Shown here one piece after another: positions 7,659 through 18,688 of a stretch of DNA of 64,000 bases; the stretch's first letter is position 1, and every line of letters starts with the position of its first letter. The position numbers were made by a program, and so were the translations under genes. Below the pieces are notes generated by a model. It saw only the letters and a list, made by a program, of their open reading frames with translations. It did no database searches and was not told the origin of the DNA. The stretch spans positions 14,067-78,066 of the forward strand of contig JAQUPI010000002.1 of assembly GCA_028716705.1 (NCBI GenBank), given 5' to 3'. This stretch comes from Candidatus Omnitrophota bacterium (GTDB taxonomy: Bacteria; Omnitrophota; Gorgyraeia; Gygaellales; Profunditerraquicolaceae).

Positions 7659-9173
7659 CTAAAAAATGAATTCAACCGATGTTTCGATCATATAAGCCGG
7701 GTCCGCCTTGCCGTCACCGCGCACAAAAGGGGAAAATAGGCTTCCCGCGGCATCTTCCCTGAATTCTTTATAGTATTTCCCGGGGATGAAATAACCTCCA
7801 GAAATTTCGAGCAGCGTATTTTTATTCAGCTTGTATACCGCTGTTATATCCATTTCATGGCCCAGTTCCCTGGATAAATACCGTGCCTGCCCGTCAAGCG
7901 TACCCACACCTTTCTCTAGGGATTGCAAATAGAAATAATCAAAGCTCAGATCCAGCTTTGGGGTAACTTCCAAGTCAAACCCCGGAGCGAGAATGATCAG
8001 ATTGTCGAAATCCGAGGCGGCAAAAGTTTCCGGCCGCGGGATTCCGTAAACCAATGAGTAACAGCTCCCCATGAAAACCAAGGGGCGGATCTCGCAATGC
8101 CAGCTGCCGATAGAATCGTCTAAATTAAAGTTCAAGGGGGAGTAATAGCTGAACGCGCGGTTCTTTCCGCTCGCTGAAAGCGTATCCCCGTTTTGCGCCG
8201 CGTCCAGCGAAACCTTGTTCCCGGAAGCCAAAAGGAATTTAAAGAACGGTTCTAGCTTTCCGAAGGCGTAACTTGTATCGGTATAAAGCATATAACCGGC
8301 GTGGTATATATCTTTAAAATCGCCGCTTTCGCTTTTGCCTTTGCCGAAGTTCCGCGCTGTCTCGGCGGTAAAAGATAATTTATCCCCCTTTAAGCTGAAG
8401 GCAAGACCCAATGTCCCCAAGATATCCCTTTTAATCGGAGCGCTGAATACGCTGTCCCTCTTTCCGCTGGAAGTGTAATCGGTCAGCGCCCCTATATAAG
8501 GATTCAGGTAATTATCTTCCCACTCGTATTTAATATCCGCGGCGAAGAAATTGGCGGCATTATGCTCATAACGATAATCCTGCTCTTCGTCTTGGCGGAT
8601 GCGCGGGCCCAGGCGTACCTTATAAAATGAATCCGGGCGGGCGTAATATAAGCGCAGCATGGAATTCTGGAATTTTTTGTAGAGCGTGGCTCCGTAATTC
8701 TCGTAGGCGCCGCTTAAGCTCAGGCCTTCTCCAACTTCGTAAGCGTAAAGCCCGAGTTTAATGCCTAAATTATTCCTTAGGGGAACGTCGACCCAGAATT
8801 CCTCTATATTTGGAAGCAATTCATCATTACGGTATTCTTCGACTACGCCGCCTGAGGTCATCAGCGTATTGTGTGCGAATAGAGGGGCGTTGTAATCTCC
8901 CGGCCCGTTCCTTTCCAGTTTAAAAAAATATGTCGGCCCCGCGGTTTTAGGTTCGACTAACGCGCTCAGACTGTAATCTATGCCCAGATAGGTAGTTGTA
9001 TCGTCGCTATTGGCGCTATCCAAATCTACGGTATTTTTAAACGAGATAACGTCAGTCCTGGAATAAACTCCCAGGTCAACGGTAAAATTCTCCGTTTCAA
9101 ATAAGGGCGCGCCGAAGCAAGCTCCCCTTAAAAGGAAAAATAATAAAAAAAATAACGATGATTTATTTGACAT
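7659..9173 (-). CDS. Outer-membrane beta-barrel protein (putative porin/export channel)
   Basis: 504 aa with an N-terminal signal peptide (FFLLFFLLRGACFGA), alternating amphipathic strands and a C-terminal aromatic ...VEFIF. Confidence 0.5.
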   Translation of the reverse strand: MSNKSSLFFLLFFLLRGACFGAPLFETENFTVDLGVYSRTDVISFKNTVDLDSANSDDTTTYLGIDYSLSALVEPKTAGPTYFFKLERNGPGDYNAPLFAHNTLMTSGGVVEEYRNDELLPNIEEFWVDVPLRNNLGIKLGLYAYEVGEGLSLSGAYENYGATLYKKFQNSMLRLYYARPDSFYKVRLGPRIRQDEEQDYRYEHNAANFFAADIKYEWEDNYLNPYIGALTDYTSSGKRDSVFSAPIKRDILGTLGLAFSLKGDKLSFTAETARNFGKGKSESGDFKDIYHAGYMLYTDTSYAFGKLEPFFKFLLASGNKVSLDAAQNGDTLSASGKNRAFSYYSPLNFNLDDSIGSWHCEIRPLVFMGSCYSLVYGIPRPETFAASDFDNLIILAPGFDLEVTPKLDLSFDYFYLQSLEKGVGTLDGQARYLSRELGHEMDITAVYKLNKNTLLEISGGYFIPGKYYKEFREDAAGSLFSPFVRGDGKADPAYMIETSVEFIF

Positions 9174-9229
9174 GAGCGAAAGGATATAAAATAAGACGAA
9201 AAAAGACGGTGGGTGAATAAATACAAAAA

Positions 9230-9305
9230 CGGGGTCGACGAGATTTGAACTCGCGTTCTTCGCCGTGACAGGGCGACGTGTTAGACCAGGCTACACCACG
9301 ACCCC
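9230..9305 (-). tRNA. tRNA-Asp (GTC)
   Basis: Reverse complement GGGGTCGTGGTGTAGCCTGGTCTAACACGTCGCCCTGTCACGGCGAAGAACGCGAGTTCAAATCTCGTCGACCCCG folds as a cloverleaf. Anticodon loop CTGTCAC. No CCA encoded. Confidence 0.9.
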
Positions 9306-9372
9306 AAAACAATTGGAGTTAAATTTTAACTTAAAAAGGCGATAATTACAATAAATTTCTACGAAAAGATAC

Positions 9373-9449
9373 TGGTGGGCGGTAGAGGAATCGGACCCCT
9401 GACCTTCTCTGTGTAAGAGAGACGTTCTAACCAGCTGAACTAACCGCCC
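9373..9449 (-). tRNA. tRNA-Val (TAC)
   Basis: Reverse complement GGGCGGTTAGTTCAGCTGGTTAGAACGTCTCTCTTACACAGAGAAGGTCAGGGGTCCGATTCCTCTACCGCCCACCA. Anticodon loop CTTACAC. CCA is encoded. Confidence 0.9.
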
Positions 9450-9494
9450 AGTTTAATAACAAATATTACCACAGAAACCGCCGATTAGCCAGCT

Positions 9495-9953
9495 TTAAGC
9501 GCCGGCGAGTTTTCCTAAAATACCCAGGATAAAAGCCATTACAAAGAGGGCGACGGTTTCGGTCATACCCAAAACCACCAGATAATTTCCAAAACCTTTA
9601 TTCGTCTCTCCCATCGCGTCACAGGCGGCTGCCGCGCATTTACCCTGCCAGTAAGCGGAAAGGCCTATGGCCAAGCCGCAGAAAGCGCCTATCCCCCAGG
9701 CATAATGGCCTTTGGCGGCGAGTTCATAAAGCCGGTTCATCACGATCATCCCATAAATTGTCTGGGTCAAAGGAGCGCCGACAAAAGCCACGAGCATAAA
9801 CGAGGCGGCTTTATTCTGGCTGAAGCTCTTCTTCCAGGCGCCGATAGCGCTCATTCCAGCCATGCCCGCGCCCATCGCTGAACCGCAGGCAGAAAGCGCC
9901 AATACCATACTTAAACCCAAGTCTTTAAATTGAGCTAATAATCCGGTTTCCAT
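9495..9953 (-). CDS. ntpK: V-type ATP synthase subunit K (proteolipid)
   Basis: 152 aa, four transmembrane helices, G/A-rich c-subunit-like sequence. Confidence 0.8.
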   Translation of the reverse strand: METGLLAQFKDLGLSMVLALSACGSAMGAGMAGMSAIGAWKKSFSQNKAASFMLVAFVGAPLTQTIYGMIVMNRLYELAAKGHYAWGIGAFCGLAIGLSAYWQGKCAAAACDAMGETNKGFGNYLVVLGMTETVALFVMAFILGILGKLAGA

Positions 9954-9965
9954 ACTTTCTCCTTT

Positions 9966-11738
9966 TTATGCTTTAAGCGGCTTATAAGCCAGGCCGCTCC
10001 AGGTAATGTTGGCGTGGCTGGAAAACTCCAGGACATTCAACCTCACCCCGTGCACTAAAACCGAAATCGGCCCTAAAACGATATTTAAAAGATGGCCGAC
10101 CAGGGCTATCATAATCCCGCCCATTATTGCGATCGGGCCGGTCCCAAGATTCGCGGTCATAGCATTCGTCGTCTCAGCAATAGCCACAGCCGCTAGGCCT
10201 ACGGCAAAAAGCCTGACATATGAAACGACGTCCGTGAATGTACTCATAAAATTTAACCCGAAGCTGGCGGACCCCAATCCGCCGAGTATTGCCTTAAAGG
10301 GATTCTTGTCCGGGCTGCTGAGGAATATTACCAGCGCTATGCCTGCAAACGCAAGCGTCTTAACAAAATCGGGAAGAGGTAAATCCAAAATAAGGGTACG
10401 CGCCAGGAAAAATGCCGCCCAGAGCACGCAGATCCAGCCTATATCCGCCAAAAAAGTAACGCTTGGAAACTTCAAAAGCGCCCTCCAGGAATGCCCAAGG
10501 CTTAAATGCAGCGCCCCTAAAAAGAAGCAAAATGTCTGCATAAAAACCGGGTCGTTCAATGCCGGGACCAATGGAATTATACCTCTTTGCGCAAGCCAGC
10601 TCTGGCCAAAGAAAGTCCCGGTCAAAACACCCCAGACGATCGCGCAACCGCTTAAAAGGTAAAACAGGAAAAAAACGCCGTTATTTTTTGCGCTGGCTTT
10701 TCTTTTCCTATGAAACCATGCCGTAAACAGCAGGTAACTCAGGCCATAACCGGCGTCTCCGATCAAAATCCCGAAAAAAATACTGAAAAAGACTAAAAAT
10801 AAAGGGCTTACGTCGAGCTCATGATAACCCGGGAGTATGCCCAAAAGATTGAATACCGGCTTCATCAAATTGATCAACGCGGGATTTTTGAGCAGAGTCG
10901 GGACATTATCTCCGGGAGAAGGATCGCTGAACAAAATCCCCCAGCCTTCGCTTTTCGCCTTATCCCTTAACGCGGCTTGCGAGTAAACAGGTACGAATCC
11001 GGTTAGATAGGTCACTGCTCCTTCCTTGCCCATCCCTGAAAGCGCTTCATTAAACTCCAATTCTTGACCGAGTTTTTTTCTGATATCAGTGAGGTTTTCA
11101 CGAAAAGCCATAAACTTGCATAAATCATCCTGGATTATCTGGGCCATCCTGGCGTCTTCATAAAGCCGCTGGCGCATCTTTTCAAGGCCAAGCTTGGGCA
11201 ACGCAAGTTCCCTGAAGGGCAATTCGAGCTTTTCTCGGGAGACGACCAAGCAGCGGGCAAGGCCGCCTTCGGTAAAGATAACCTTGATCATTACTTCCGG
11301 ACCGATTTTCTCTAGTTCCTTTTGCGGAATGAAATAAAGCCGCATAAATATATTCTTTTCGGCAAGCCGGCGGAGAGCGTCTGGATCGAAATCACCCCAA
11401 GGCTCCCACTCGGCGATGCGGTTTTTCAGGATCCGGGAGTATTCTTCCAGCTGGTCAAGCCGTTTATTTAAGTCAATAATGTGGCTTACCGTAAATTTCC
11501 AATCTTTGGCCTCCTCTCTCTTGATATTTCCGGCGGCCTTAATGAATTTTTCTTCAGAGAGTACTGAAAGGGCGGAATCGACGAGGGTAATGTCATCTTT
11601 TAAAACCCTCACCGGGTCTCCTGCGGGCGGCTGAACATTTTCGACATGTACGACACCGAGCCCGCGCAATGTCTCCACTGTATTTCCCGCGTCTTTTCCC
11701 TGAACGAATACCGTGATTTTTTTCATGGGAACGATCAT
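9966..11738 (-). CDS. ntpI: V-type ATP synthase subunit I (a-subunit)
   Basis: 590 aa with a soluble N-terminal domain and a C-terminal polytopic membrane domain. Located in the V-ATPase operon. Confidence 0.85.
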   Translation of the reverse strand: MIVPMKKITVFVQGKDAGNTVETLRGLGVVHVENVQPPAGDPVRVLKDDITLVDSALSVLSEEKFIKAAGNIKREEAKDWKFTVSHIIDLNKRLDQLEEYSRILKNRIAEWEPWGDFDPDALRRLAEKNIFMRLYFIPQKELEKIGPEVMIKVIFTEGGLARCLVVSREKLELPFRELALPKLGLEKMRQRLYEDARMAQIIQDDLCKFMAFRENLTDIRKKLGQELEFNEALSGMGKEGAVTYLTGFVPVYSQAALRDKAKSEGWGILFSDPSPGDNVPTLLKNPALINLMKPVFNLLGILPGYHELDVSPLFLVFFSIFFGILIGDAGYGLSYLLFTAWFHRKRKASAKNNGVFFLFYLLSGCAIVWGVLTGTFFGQSWLAQRGIIPLVPALNDPVFMQTFCFFLGALHLSLGHSWRALLKFPSVTFLADIGWICVLWAAFFLARTLILDLPLPDFVKTLAFAGIALVIFLSSPDKNPFKAILGGLGSASFGLNFMSTFTDVVSYVRLFAVGLAAVAIAETTNAMTANLGTGPIAIMGGIMIALVGHLLNIVLGPISVLVHGVRLNVLEFSSHANITWSGLAYKPLKA

Positions 11739-12352
11739 GCGGCAACCTCGACAAGTTGAGCTAGTTCGATCTTTCTTTTGGCGGCCTTACTGCGCCCTAC
11801 GGCATTAGCCATCTGGTCCCCGATATAGATCTTGATTAGCCTTATCGCTTCAAGGGCTTGCGGGATCTTTACTTTCTCGAAAAGATTTACCCGTTGAGTC
11901 GTAATACGCAATTCATGCTTCAGGATCTCAAGGCCGGCCTTTAAAACCTTGGCCTCTCTTTCCAAAGAAACGATCTGCCTTAACGCGTCAATGGCAAAAT
12001 CCAGCCAAAGAGGCGTTGAGAACAGATCGTACTCTGCCTCAGCGAATTCAGCCCGCTCAAAGACCGGTAAATTTACCCCCGCCACATTCTTAATCCCGGT
12101 TATAATACTGGATGGAACAAGCCATTTTCTAACCTCGGCTCCCAAATCAACAAGTAAACCCGCCCACAGCCTTGCCGCGTATTTTTTCTTATCCTTCGCG
12201 GAAGCTTTCTCCAAAAGCAGATTATTCTGCTGTAAAATCTCCAGCTGCAGCTGCTGTTTCTTTAGCTGCAGCGTCGGCAGATATCTCTGATACTGCTTTA
12301 AAGCGTCTCTCTGCCTCTTTAATTCGCCTTTGGTAAATTTAATTTTTGCCAT
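11735..12352 (-). CDS. ntpD: V-type ATP synthase subunit D
   Basis: 205 aa coiled-coil protein ([28 protein letters not shown]), typical of V/A-type subunit D. Confidence 0.8.
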   Translation of the reverse strand: MAKIKFTKGELKRQRDALKQYQRYLPTLQLKKQQLQLEILQQNNLLLEKASAKDKKKYAARLWAGLLVDLGAEVRKWLVPSSIITGIKNVAGVNLPVFERAEFAEAEYDLFSTPLWLDFAIDALRQIVSLEREAKVLKAGLEILKHELRITTQRVNLFEKVKIPQALEAIRLIKIYIGDQMANAVGRSKAAKRKIELAQLVEVAA

Positions 12353-13643
12353 CTTTCGGCCAGTATTTTCCGATTATCGCTTTCCTGACCCCTGTTTCTT
12401 CCGTCGAAAAACACTCCGCCAGGATATGCCAACCCTGATCCAGCGCTTTTTCCAGGGGTATATTTACTTTTAACGACATCATTTTATCTTCGAATATCTT
12501 TCCGTAACGTAAAAGTTTTTTATCCCATGAGCTCATTTGAAAACCCATCGCCTGCTTTTCCAGAGAGTCGCGGTAGTTGGCGAAGAGCTGTATCATCGTA
12601 TCCATTATCGTACGGTGGTCTTCGCGGGTCTTTCCGTTCACCTGCTGCTTTAGCCGGCTTAAGGAACCGAACGGTTCGATCACGCCGCCCTTTAAGTAAA
12701 ACTGGCCCTCTGTAATGTACCCGGTATTATCCGGAACAGGATGCGTTACGTCATCCCCGGGCATTGTGGTCGCGGCTAATATGGTAATGGAGCCTGCGCC
12801 CTCAAAATCAACCGCTTTTTCATAGCGGCTGGCGAGCTGGCTGTAAAGGTCACCCGGGTATCCGCGGTTGGAAGGGACCTGTTCCATGGTTATGGATATC
12901 TCTTTCAGCGCGTCGGCAAAATTGGTCATATCCGTCAATAAAACCAGGACACGCTTTCCTGCGAGCGCGAAATTCTCGGCAACCGCCAGGCTTATATCGG
13001 GAACAAGGAGGCATTCAACCACAGGATCCGAGGCGGTATGAATAAAGAGTATTGACCGGCTTAAGGCGCCGTGCTCTTCAAGGATATCCCGGAAGAATAG
13101 ATAATCGTCGTACTTAAGCCCCATCCCCCCTAAAATTATGGTATCTACCTCTGCCTGGATCGCGATCCGCGCTAATACGTCATTATAAGGCTCCCCGGCT
13201 ATGGAAAAGATGGGAAGTTTCTGGGATTCGACCAGGGAATTAAAAACATCGATCATGGGTATGCCTGTGCGGATCATCTTTCCCGGGATCACCCTCTTCA
13301 CCGGGTTTACGGAGGGCTTGCCGGTTTCGATCAGATTATCCGTTAACTGCGGGCCTTTATCCATGCTCATCCCGCTCCCGTTAAACACGCGGCCAAGAAG
13401 CTCTTCTCCGCTCGCCACGCGCATGGTGTGCCCAAGGAATCTGACTTTATCTCCGGTCGAAACACCCCTGCTTCCGGCAAAGACCTGCAGCGAAACCTTC
13501 TTTTCGTCTATCCGGATGACCTGCGCCAGCGATTTGCCGTGATTGGTGGAAACTTCGGCGATCTCCAAATATCCTATGCCTTCGGCTTCCACGGTGATAA
13601 CGTCACCGGATATCTGAATAATATTTGTGTATATTTTATGCAT
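12339..13643 (-). CDS. ntpB: V-type ATP synthase subunit B
   Basis: 434 aa regulatory subunit homolog of the alpha/beta ATPase family. Confidence 0.9.
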   Translation of the reverse strand: MHKIYTNIIQISGDVITVEAEGIGYLEIAEVSTNHGKSLAQVIRIDEKKVSLQVFAGSRGVSTGDKVRFLGHTMRVASGEELLGRVFNGSGMSMDKGPQLTDNLIETGKPSVNPVKRVIPGKMIRTGIPMIDVFNSLVESQKLPIFSIAGEPYNDVLARIAIQAEVDTIILGGMGLKYDDYLFFRDILEEHGALSRSILFIHTASDPVVECLLVPDISLAVAENFALAGKRVLVLLTDMTNFADALKEISITMEQVPSNRGYPGDLYSQLASRYEKAVDFEGAGSITILAATTMPGDDVTHPVPDNTGYITEGQFYLKGGVIEPFGSLSRLKQQVNGKTREDHRTIMDTMIQLFANYRDSLEKQAMGFQMSSWDKKLLRYGKIFEDKMMSLKVNIPLEKALDQGWHILAECFSTEETGVRKAIIGKYWPKDGKN

Positions 13644-15387
13644 TTTGTTCTTTCTTGCCGGCGGCCTTTTCCAATAACAGGGAACTTATTTCTTTTTCTG
13701 TGCTCTTGAATTCTTCGCTCTCCCATGCGCTTGAATTCCACCCCCTGAAAAGCTGGCGAAGCTTCTGAAAAAAACGCAGGGCTTCTTCCTTGTCTGAGAA
13801 CAAGAATTCTTCTTCCAAAATATTGTAAATGAAATTAAAGACGTATATCTGCCTTTCTTTGGATGTGGCCTCATCAACCGGATCAAAGGCGTTCTGCTGC
13901 AAATAAGAGAAATCGAAAAATTCTCCCTTTAAATAATCCACATAATCGGGAAGGGACGTTCCTTCTTCACCGATAACCTTCATCATCTGCGCCACATCAT
14001 GGCTCTTGCGTTCGATCTGGTGCCCGCGCTCTTCTTGTTTTTCCTCGATAATGCCCTTGTATTTGCTCCAGCTGATCAACGGATCGATCGCCGGATAACG
14101 CCTGGCGTCTGAACGCTCTCTGGATAAACCATGAAAAGCGCCTACTACTTTTAAGGTCGCCTGCGTTACCGGTTCTTCAAAATTCCCCCCGGCGGGACTG
14201 ACCGTTCCTCCGATGGTGACCGAACCGGTGCTTCCATCCGGGAACTTGACTATTCCCGCCCTTTCATAGAAAGAGGCGATACGCGATTCCAAATAAGCGG
14301 GGAATGCCTCTTCGCCGGGGATCTCCTCAAGCCTTCCGGACATCTCCCGCATCGCCTGCGCCCACCTCGAAGTAGAATCCGCCAAAAGTAAAACATTCAA
14401 GCCCATCTGGCGGTAATATTCCGCGATGGTAACCGCGGTATAAACGCTGGATTCCCTGGCGGCGACCGGCATAGAACTGGTGTTACAGATGATCACCGTC
14501 CGGTCGCTTAACGGCCTTCCGGTCTTAGGATCGGTTATCTCCGGGAAGGTCTTAAGCGTTTCCACGACCTCTCCGGCGCGCTCCCCGCAAGCCGCGATAA
14601 TCACGATATCCACTTCGGCGTGGCGACTGGTCAGCTGCTGTAAAACTGTTTTTCCCGCGCCAAAGGGGCCAGGTATGCAATAAGTGCCCCCGCGGGCTAC
14701 CGGGAACAAAGAATCTATCAAACGCATCTTGGTGACTAACGGCTCCGAAGGTTTTAATTTTTCTGAATACGCCGTGATCGGCACCTTAACCGGCCATTTC
14801 TGGGAAAGAAAAACCTCTCTTTTCCGCCCGCTTTCGTCGACTATCTTCGCTATCGGTTCTTTTAAGTTATAATCACCAGGCTCGGCTATCCACTCCAGAT
14901 CCTGGATCCCCCGCGCGTTAAACGGCGCCATAATATAGTGTTTGAAGATCTTTTCCGGCACAAATCCGATCTTGGTGCCGGCGAGGATCTTATCTCCGGG
15001 TTTTGCCAGCGGCGTAAATTTCCACTTGCCATCTAAAAGTAACGCGTCTAAATATACGCCGCGCTGCAGGAAAAACCCGCACTTTTCGGCGAGAAGGGGC
15101 AAAGGATTTTGCAGGCCATCATAGATCTGCCCCAAAAGTCCCGGGCCCAGTTCAACGGAGAGCAATTCCTCGGTAAATTCTACCTTCTCTCCGACCTTAA
15201 GGTCCGCTGTACTTTCATAGACCTGCATCTCGGCGTCTTTCTGCCGCACGCGGATAACCTCGGATTTAAGGCGCTCATCACCGTGTATAATGTAGGCGAC
15301 CTCATTCTGTATTACAAAGGTGTCGAAACCCGCGGTAACCATGTTGGCGTTGATCTTCTTAATACGGCCTATTCTATTTTCCGGCAT
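13636..15387 (-). CDS. ntpA: V-type ATP synthase catalytic subunit A
   Basis: Walker A motif GPFGAGKT. Start re-assigned to ATG 15387 (MPENRIGR), which is preceded by AAGAGGG. Confidence 0.9.
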   Translation of the reverse strand: MPENRIGRIKKINANMVTAGFDTFVIQNEVAYIIHGDERLKSEVIRVRQKDAEMQVYESTADLKVGEKVEFTEELLSVELGPGLLGQIYDGLQNPLPLLAEKCGFFLQRGVYLDALLLDGKWKFTPLAKPGDKILAGTKIGFVPEKIFKHYIMAPFNARGIQDLEWIAEPGDYNLKEPIAKIVDESGRKREVFLSQKWPVKVPITAYSEKLKPSEPLVTKMRLIDSLFPVARGGTYCIPGPFGAGKTVLQQLTSRHAEVDIVIIAACGERAGEVVETLKTFPEITDPKTGRPLSDRTVIICNTSSMPVAARESSVYTAVTIAEYYRQMGLNVLLLADSTSRWAQAMREMSGRLEEIPGEEAFPAYLESRIASFYERAGIVKFPDGSTGSVTIGGTVSPAGGNFEEPVTQATLKVVGAFHGLSRERSDARRYPAIDPLISWSKYKGIIEEKQEERGHQIERKSHDVAQMMKVIGEEGTSLPDYVDYLKGEFFDFSYLQQNAFDPVDEATSKERQIYVFNFIYNILEEEFLFSDKEEALRFFQKLRQLFRGWNSSAWESEEFKSTEKEISSLLLEKAAGKKEQNA

Positions 15388-15916
15388 TTTGACCCTCTTG
15401 TGACAATGTTTCATCGAGCAATTTACCTTTGTCCGCGGAATTGATCCTCTGCCAGCGCTCAAGGATCAAAAGTTTATAGGCGTAAATAATTAAAAAATCC
15501 AGGTCGAAATAACGGCCGAAGGATAAGCCATCCAGAAAATCCCATCTCTCCAGGTCCAGCGACCTTTCGGCATCAAGAGGGGAAGGGTTCCTCAGCGCGG
15601 CCAAAACCAGATGATAAAGCGCGGGGCCGGCGTAACCGTCCGGCCGCAGATATTTCGCGGCATCTGATTTTTTGCGGGCAGCCCTTACCTTTACTAATTC
15701 ATTTCGCAGCATGATCTCAAAAGCCACGATTTTTTTTATCGTTTCTTGCCGGCCTTCATATTCATATCGTAAAGGAATATTCTCCAAAACCGCGCGATCA
15801 TCCTGCGGTATCGAATCCCTGCATAATAAGAGGAATTTCTCGAAAGAAATGGGCGCGGACATGTTAAAGTGCAGCATCGGTAAGCTTGATATGAGATAAG
15901 GGTATAGGGCGGGCAT
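15374..15916 (-). CDS. DUF2764-like V-ATPase-associated protein (possible C/d-subunit analog)
   Basis: 180 aa ORF sitting between ntpE and ntpA, as in Bacteroidetes/spirochaete-type V-ATPase operons (E-hyp-A-B-D-I-K). Confidence 0.4.
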   Translation of the reverse strand: MPALYPYLISSLPMLHFNMSAPISFEKFLLLCRDSIPQDDRAVLENIPLRYEYEGRQETIKKIVAFEIMLRNELVKVRAARKKSDAAKYLRPDGYAGPALYHLVLAALRNPSPLDAERSLDLERWDFLDGLSFGRYFDLDFLIIYAYKLLILERWQRINSADKGKLLDETLSQEGQNAGK

Positions 15917-15920
15917 GGTC

Positions 15921-16520
15921 TTAGGCCTCTAAAAGCTCCTTCAATTTAGGCTTCAGGTAAGTCCCGATGTATTCGGCGAGCGCTTTTTCGCTGAAGTCGA
16001 ATTGAGATTTACCGGCGTCGAAACTGATCACAAACCCGGCACCGACGCTCTCGGAAGGCAATAAGCGTATCTGTTTTTTTGTCTCCGCCTTAAGCTTTGC
16101 TAAGAATCCGCCCTCCAGCGCCCCGGCGTCTTCTTTGCTCAATGAGATCACAATATCTGAACTCTCTTTAACGCAGGAGCCCTTTATGGCTGAATTCAGG
16201 ATCTTAAAGATATTCTCGGGGGTCAATGTTTCGCGCACGCCCATAGAAATAACCTTTTGCAGCATCGCGTTTACTTCCTGTTTTAACGTCAAAAGAAGGT
16301 CTCTGCCCGCCTGCGATAAAGACGCTTTTTCTTTTTCACGCATCTTAACTATCTGTTCCTTGGCGTTATTGATCATATCCTCGGCCTGGCGCTTCGCGCT
16401 GTCTAACAAGCGCCCTGCCTCTTGCCTGGCTTTATCTTCTATTTCTTTGGCTTTTTTCTCGGCAGCGGCAATACCCTCTTGGTTAATTTTTTCTATTAAG
16501 GATTTAATATCTTCTGCCAT
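15921..16520 (-). CDS. ntpE: V-type ATP synthase subunit E
   Basis: 199 aa with a charged coiled-coil N-terminus (AEKKAKEIEDKARQEA). First gene of the operon. Confidence 0.7.
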   Translation of the reverse strand: MAEDIKSLIEKINQEGIAAAEKKAKEIEDKARQEAGRLLDSAKRQAEDMINNAKEQIVKMREKEKASLSQAGRDLLLTLKQEVNAMLQKVISMGVRETLTPENIFKILNSAIKGSCVKESSDIVISLSKEDAGALEGGFLAKLKAETKKQIRLLPSESVGAGFVISFDAGKSQFDFSEKALAEYIGTYLKPKLKELLEA

Positions 16521-16522
16521 AT

Positions 16523-17212
16523 TTATCCCCCCGCTTCTAATAATATTTCTTTTGTGGCTTTAAGCGGATCCTTTGCTTCCAGAATTGGCCGACCTACGAC
16601 GATGAAATCCGCTCCGGCCCTGGCCGCTTCTCCCGGCGTAGCGATCCTCTTCTGGTCTTTCTTCGCGCTGGCTTTAGGCCTGATCCCGGGAGTCAAAATA
16701 ATAAAATTCCTGCCTAGATGTTCTTTTTTTATCTTTTTCGCTTCATGCGCGGAGCAGACTACTCCATCCAGGCCGCATCTTTTAGCCATCTTTGCCAAAT
16801 ACAGGACTTCGCTATCCAGCGGCCGGTTTATCCCCAGATCTTTAAGAAAATCCCCGGAGATGCTTGTGAGCACCGTTACTCCCAATACCTTTGTCTTGCT
16901 GCCCCGGCATATATCACTGACTTCTTTGAGCGCTGTAGGTCCGGATAAGGTATGCACGGTAAGCATCGCCGCTTTATGTTTTACAGCCTGTTTTGCGGCC
17001 TTGGCCATCGTGTTGGGTATATCGTTTAATTTTAAATCCAGGAAGACATCGGCGCCTATTTTACGTATATCCCGGACGATCTGCGGGCCGCAAGCGGAAT
17101 AAAGCTCTAAGCCGACTTTAAAGATTTTTACTTTTGGGTAAAGCCGCTTTACCCAATACAAGGCTTTCTTGCGGTCATCCAGGTCCAGGGCTAAAATTAA
17201 TTCCGTTGTCAT
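16523..17212 (-). CDS. pyrF: Orotidine-5'-phosphate decarboxylase
   Basis: 229 aa with ILALDLDD and KVGLEL motifs. Confidence 0.85.
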   Translation of the reverse strand: MTTELILALDLDDRKKALYWVKRLYPKVKIFKVGLELYSACGPQIVRDIRKIGADVFLDLKLNDIPNTMAKAAKQAVKHKAAMLTVHTLSGPTALKEVSDICRGSKTKVLGVTVLTSISGDFLKDLGINRPLDSEVLYLAKMAKRCGLDGVVCSAHEAKKIKKEHLGRNFIILTPGIRPKASAKKDQKRIATPGEAARAGADFIVVGRPILEAKDPLKATKEILLEAGG

Positions 17213-18139
17213 TTATGATTTTAAAGTACCGACCAGCTCCTTAATGTCTCTGAGCTTATTGCGCGCTAAATACTTCTTTAACCCGGAGATTATTTCGACG
17301 GATAAGGCAGGATTTATGAAATTCGCCGTGCCCGTGCTTATCGCGCTTGCTCCCGCGATAAAAAATTCCAGCGCGCTTGGGGTATCCATTATACCACCCA
17401 TTCCGATGATAGGAATTTTAATCTTCCGGGATACTTCCCAGATCATTCTTACCGCTACCGGCCTGATCGCCGGGCCGCTTAAACCGGCAATTACACTGGC
17501 GATCCTTGGCCTTTTCGTGTCAGTGTCTATGCTCGTGCCCGTAAGGGTATTGATCAAAGAGACGGCGTCGCTGCCCGCCTTTTCAGCCGCCGCGGCGATT
17601 TCGGTTATATCCGTAACGTTTGGGGAAAGTTTGGTGATGAGGGTCTTGCCGGTAACTTCGCGTACCATTTTAACCACTTTAAAGGTAGAGCCGGGATCCT
17701 GAGAGATCAGGCTGGTTTTTCCCCGGATATTCGGACAAGAAATATTCAATTCAATTGCCGCGGCTCCATTTATTTTGTCAAGCCGCTTTGCCAGACTGAT
17801 AAATTCATCCGGGTCGCCTTCCGAAGCGATGCTTACAATTACCGGTGCCCCTATTTTCTTTAAAATGGGCAGTTTCTTGCTGATAAAAGCGTCCACTCCG
17901 GGGTTCTCTAGCCCGATGGAATTAAGCATCCCGGCGGGAGTTTCGCAGGTGCGCGGCGGCGGATTACCCTGCCTCGGCTTTAAAGTTATGGTTTTTGTGA
18001 CTACCGCCCCCAGTTGCTTTAAATTCATAAAATCAGCGAATTCCTCGGCATAGCCAAACGTCCCCGAAGCGACCATCACCGGGTTCTTTAGCTTGAGCTT
18101 GCCTATATTAACCGCTAGCCTGGCTTCTTTTTTACGCAT
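17213..18139 (-). CDS. pyrD: Dihydroorotate dehydrogenase catalytic subunit (class 1B)
   Basis: 308 aa with NPVMVASGTFGY and GGIMDTPSALEFFIAGASA motifs. Confidence 0.85.
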   Translation of the reverse strand: MRKKEARLAVNIGKLKLKNPVMVASGTFGYAEEFADFMNLKQLGAVVTKTITLKPRQGNPPPRTCETPAGMLNSIGLENPGVDAFISKKLPILKKIGAPVIVSIASEGDPDEFISLAKRLDKINGAAAIELNISCPNIRGKTSLISQDPGSTFKVVKMVREVTGKTLITKLSPNVTDITEIAAAAEKAGSDAVSLINTLTGTSIDTDTKRPRIASVIAGLSGPAIRPVAVRMIWEVSRKIKIPIIGMGGIMDTPSALEFFIAGASAISTGTANFINPALSVEIISGLKKYLARNKLRDIKELVGTLKS

Positions 18140-18142
18140 AAT

Positions 18143-18688
18143 TTATTTGAAAAATACCACCCCTATAACACCCGAAACCAAAAAAGCCAAAATAGGATGA
18201 ATTTTAAAGATCCAAACCGCCACGACCACAAAAGCTGCGACAAGCACGGACCTGAAGTCCGCTATACTGACCTTGCTTATGCTTAAAACTGCGACGATAA
18301 TCAAGCCTAGAACGGCGGGGCGCAGGCCCTTAAAGGCGGCCTGAACTATTTGATTTTCTTGAAAAGAGAAGAACACAGAAGCGATCACCCACATAATTAA
18401 AAATGAAGGCGTAACAACCCCGAGCGTGCTGGCGACCGCCCCCCATAATTTGGCTACTTTATACCCCACAAACGTGGCACAATTGATCGCTATCGGCCCG
18501 GGTGTCATCTCGGCGACGGCAAAAAGGTCCGCGAACTGCTCGAGGGTCAACCAGTGTTGTTTATCCACTATCTCTTTCTCGATCACCGGGATCATCGCGT
18601 ATCCGCCGCCAAAGGTAAACAGCCCCACCTTGAAGAACTCCCAGAAAAGATTAAGAATGATCATTTTTAAAAGCTCGGCTCCACGCAA
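18143..18688 (-). CDS. chrA: Chromate transporter ChrA-like, half-size
   Basis: 181 aa membrane protein with GLFTFGGGYAMIP and EMTPGPIAIN, matching the CHR family. Confidence 0.6.
   Translation of the reverse strand: MRGAELLKMIILNLFWEFFKVGLFTFGGGYAMIPVIEKEIVDKQHWLTLEQFADLFAVAEMTPGPIAINCATFVGYKVAKLWGAVASTLGVVTPSFLIMWVIASVFFSFQENQIVQAAFKGLRPAVLGLIIVAVLSISKVSIADFRSVLVAAFVVVAVWIFKIHPILAFLVSGVIGVVFFK

Noticed and set aside
10006-10662. Long antisense ORFs inside well-supported genes, such as 10006-10662 (+) in ntpI, 16135-16563 and 16554-17102 (+) in ntpE/pyrF, 19291-19806 (+) in the GT2 gene, 31832-32299 and 32800-33234 (+) in gyrA, and 49910-50381 (-) in trkA.
   Set aside because: They are low-complexity translations on the opposite strand of genes with clear family signatures. 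They are shadow ORFs with no independent start or RBS evidence.
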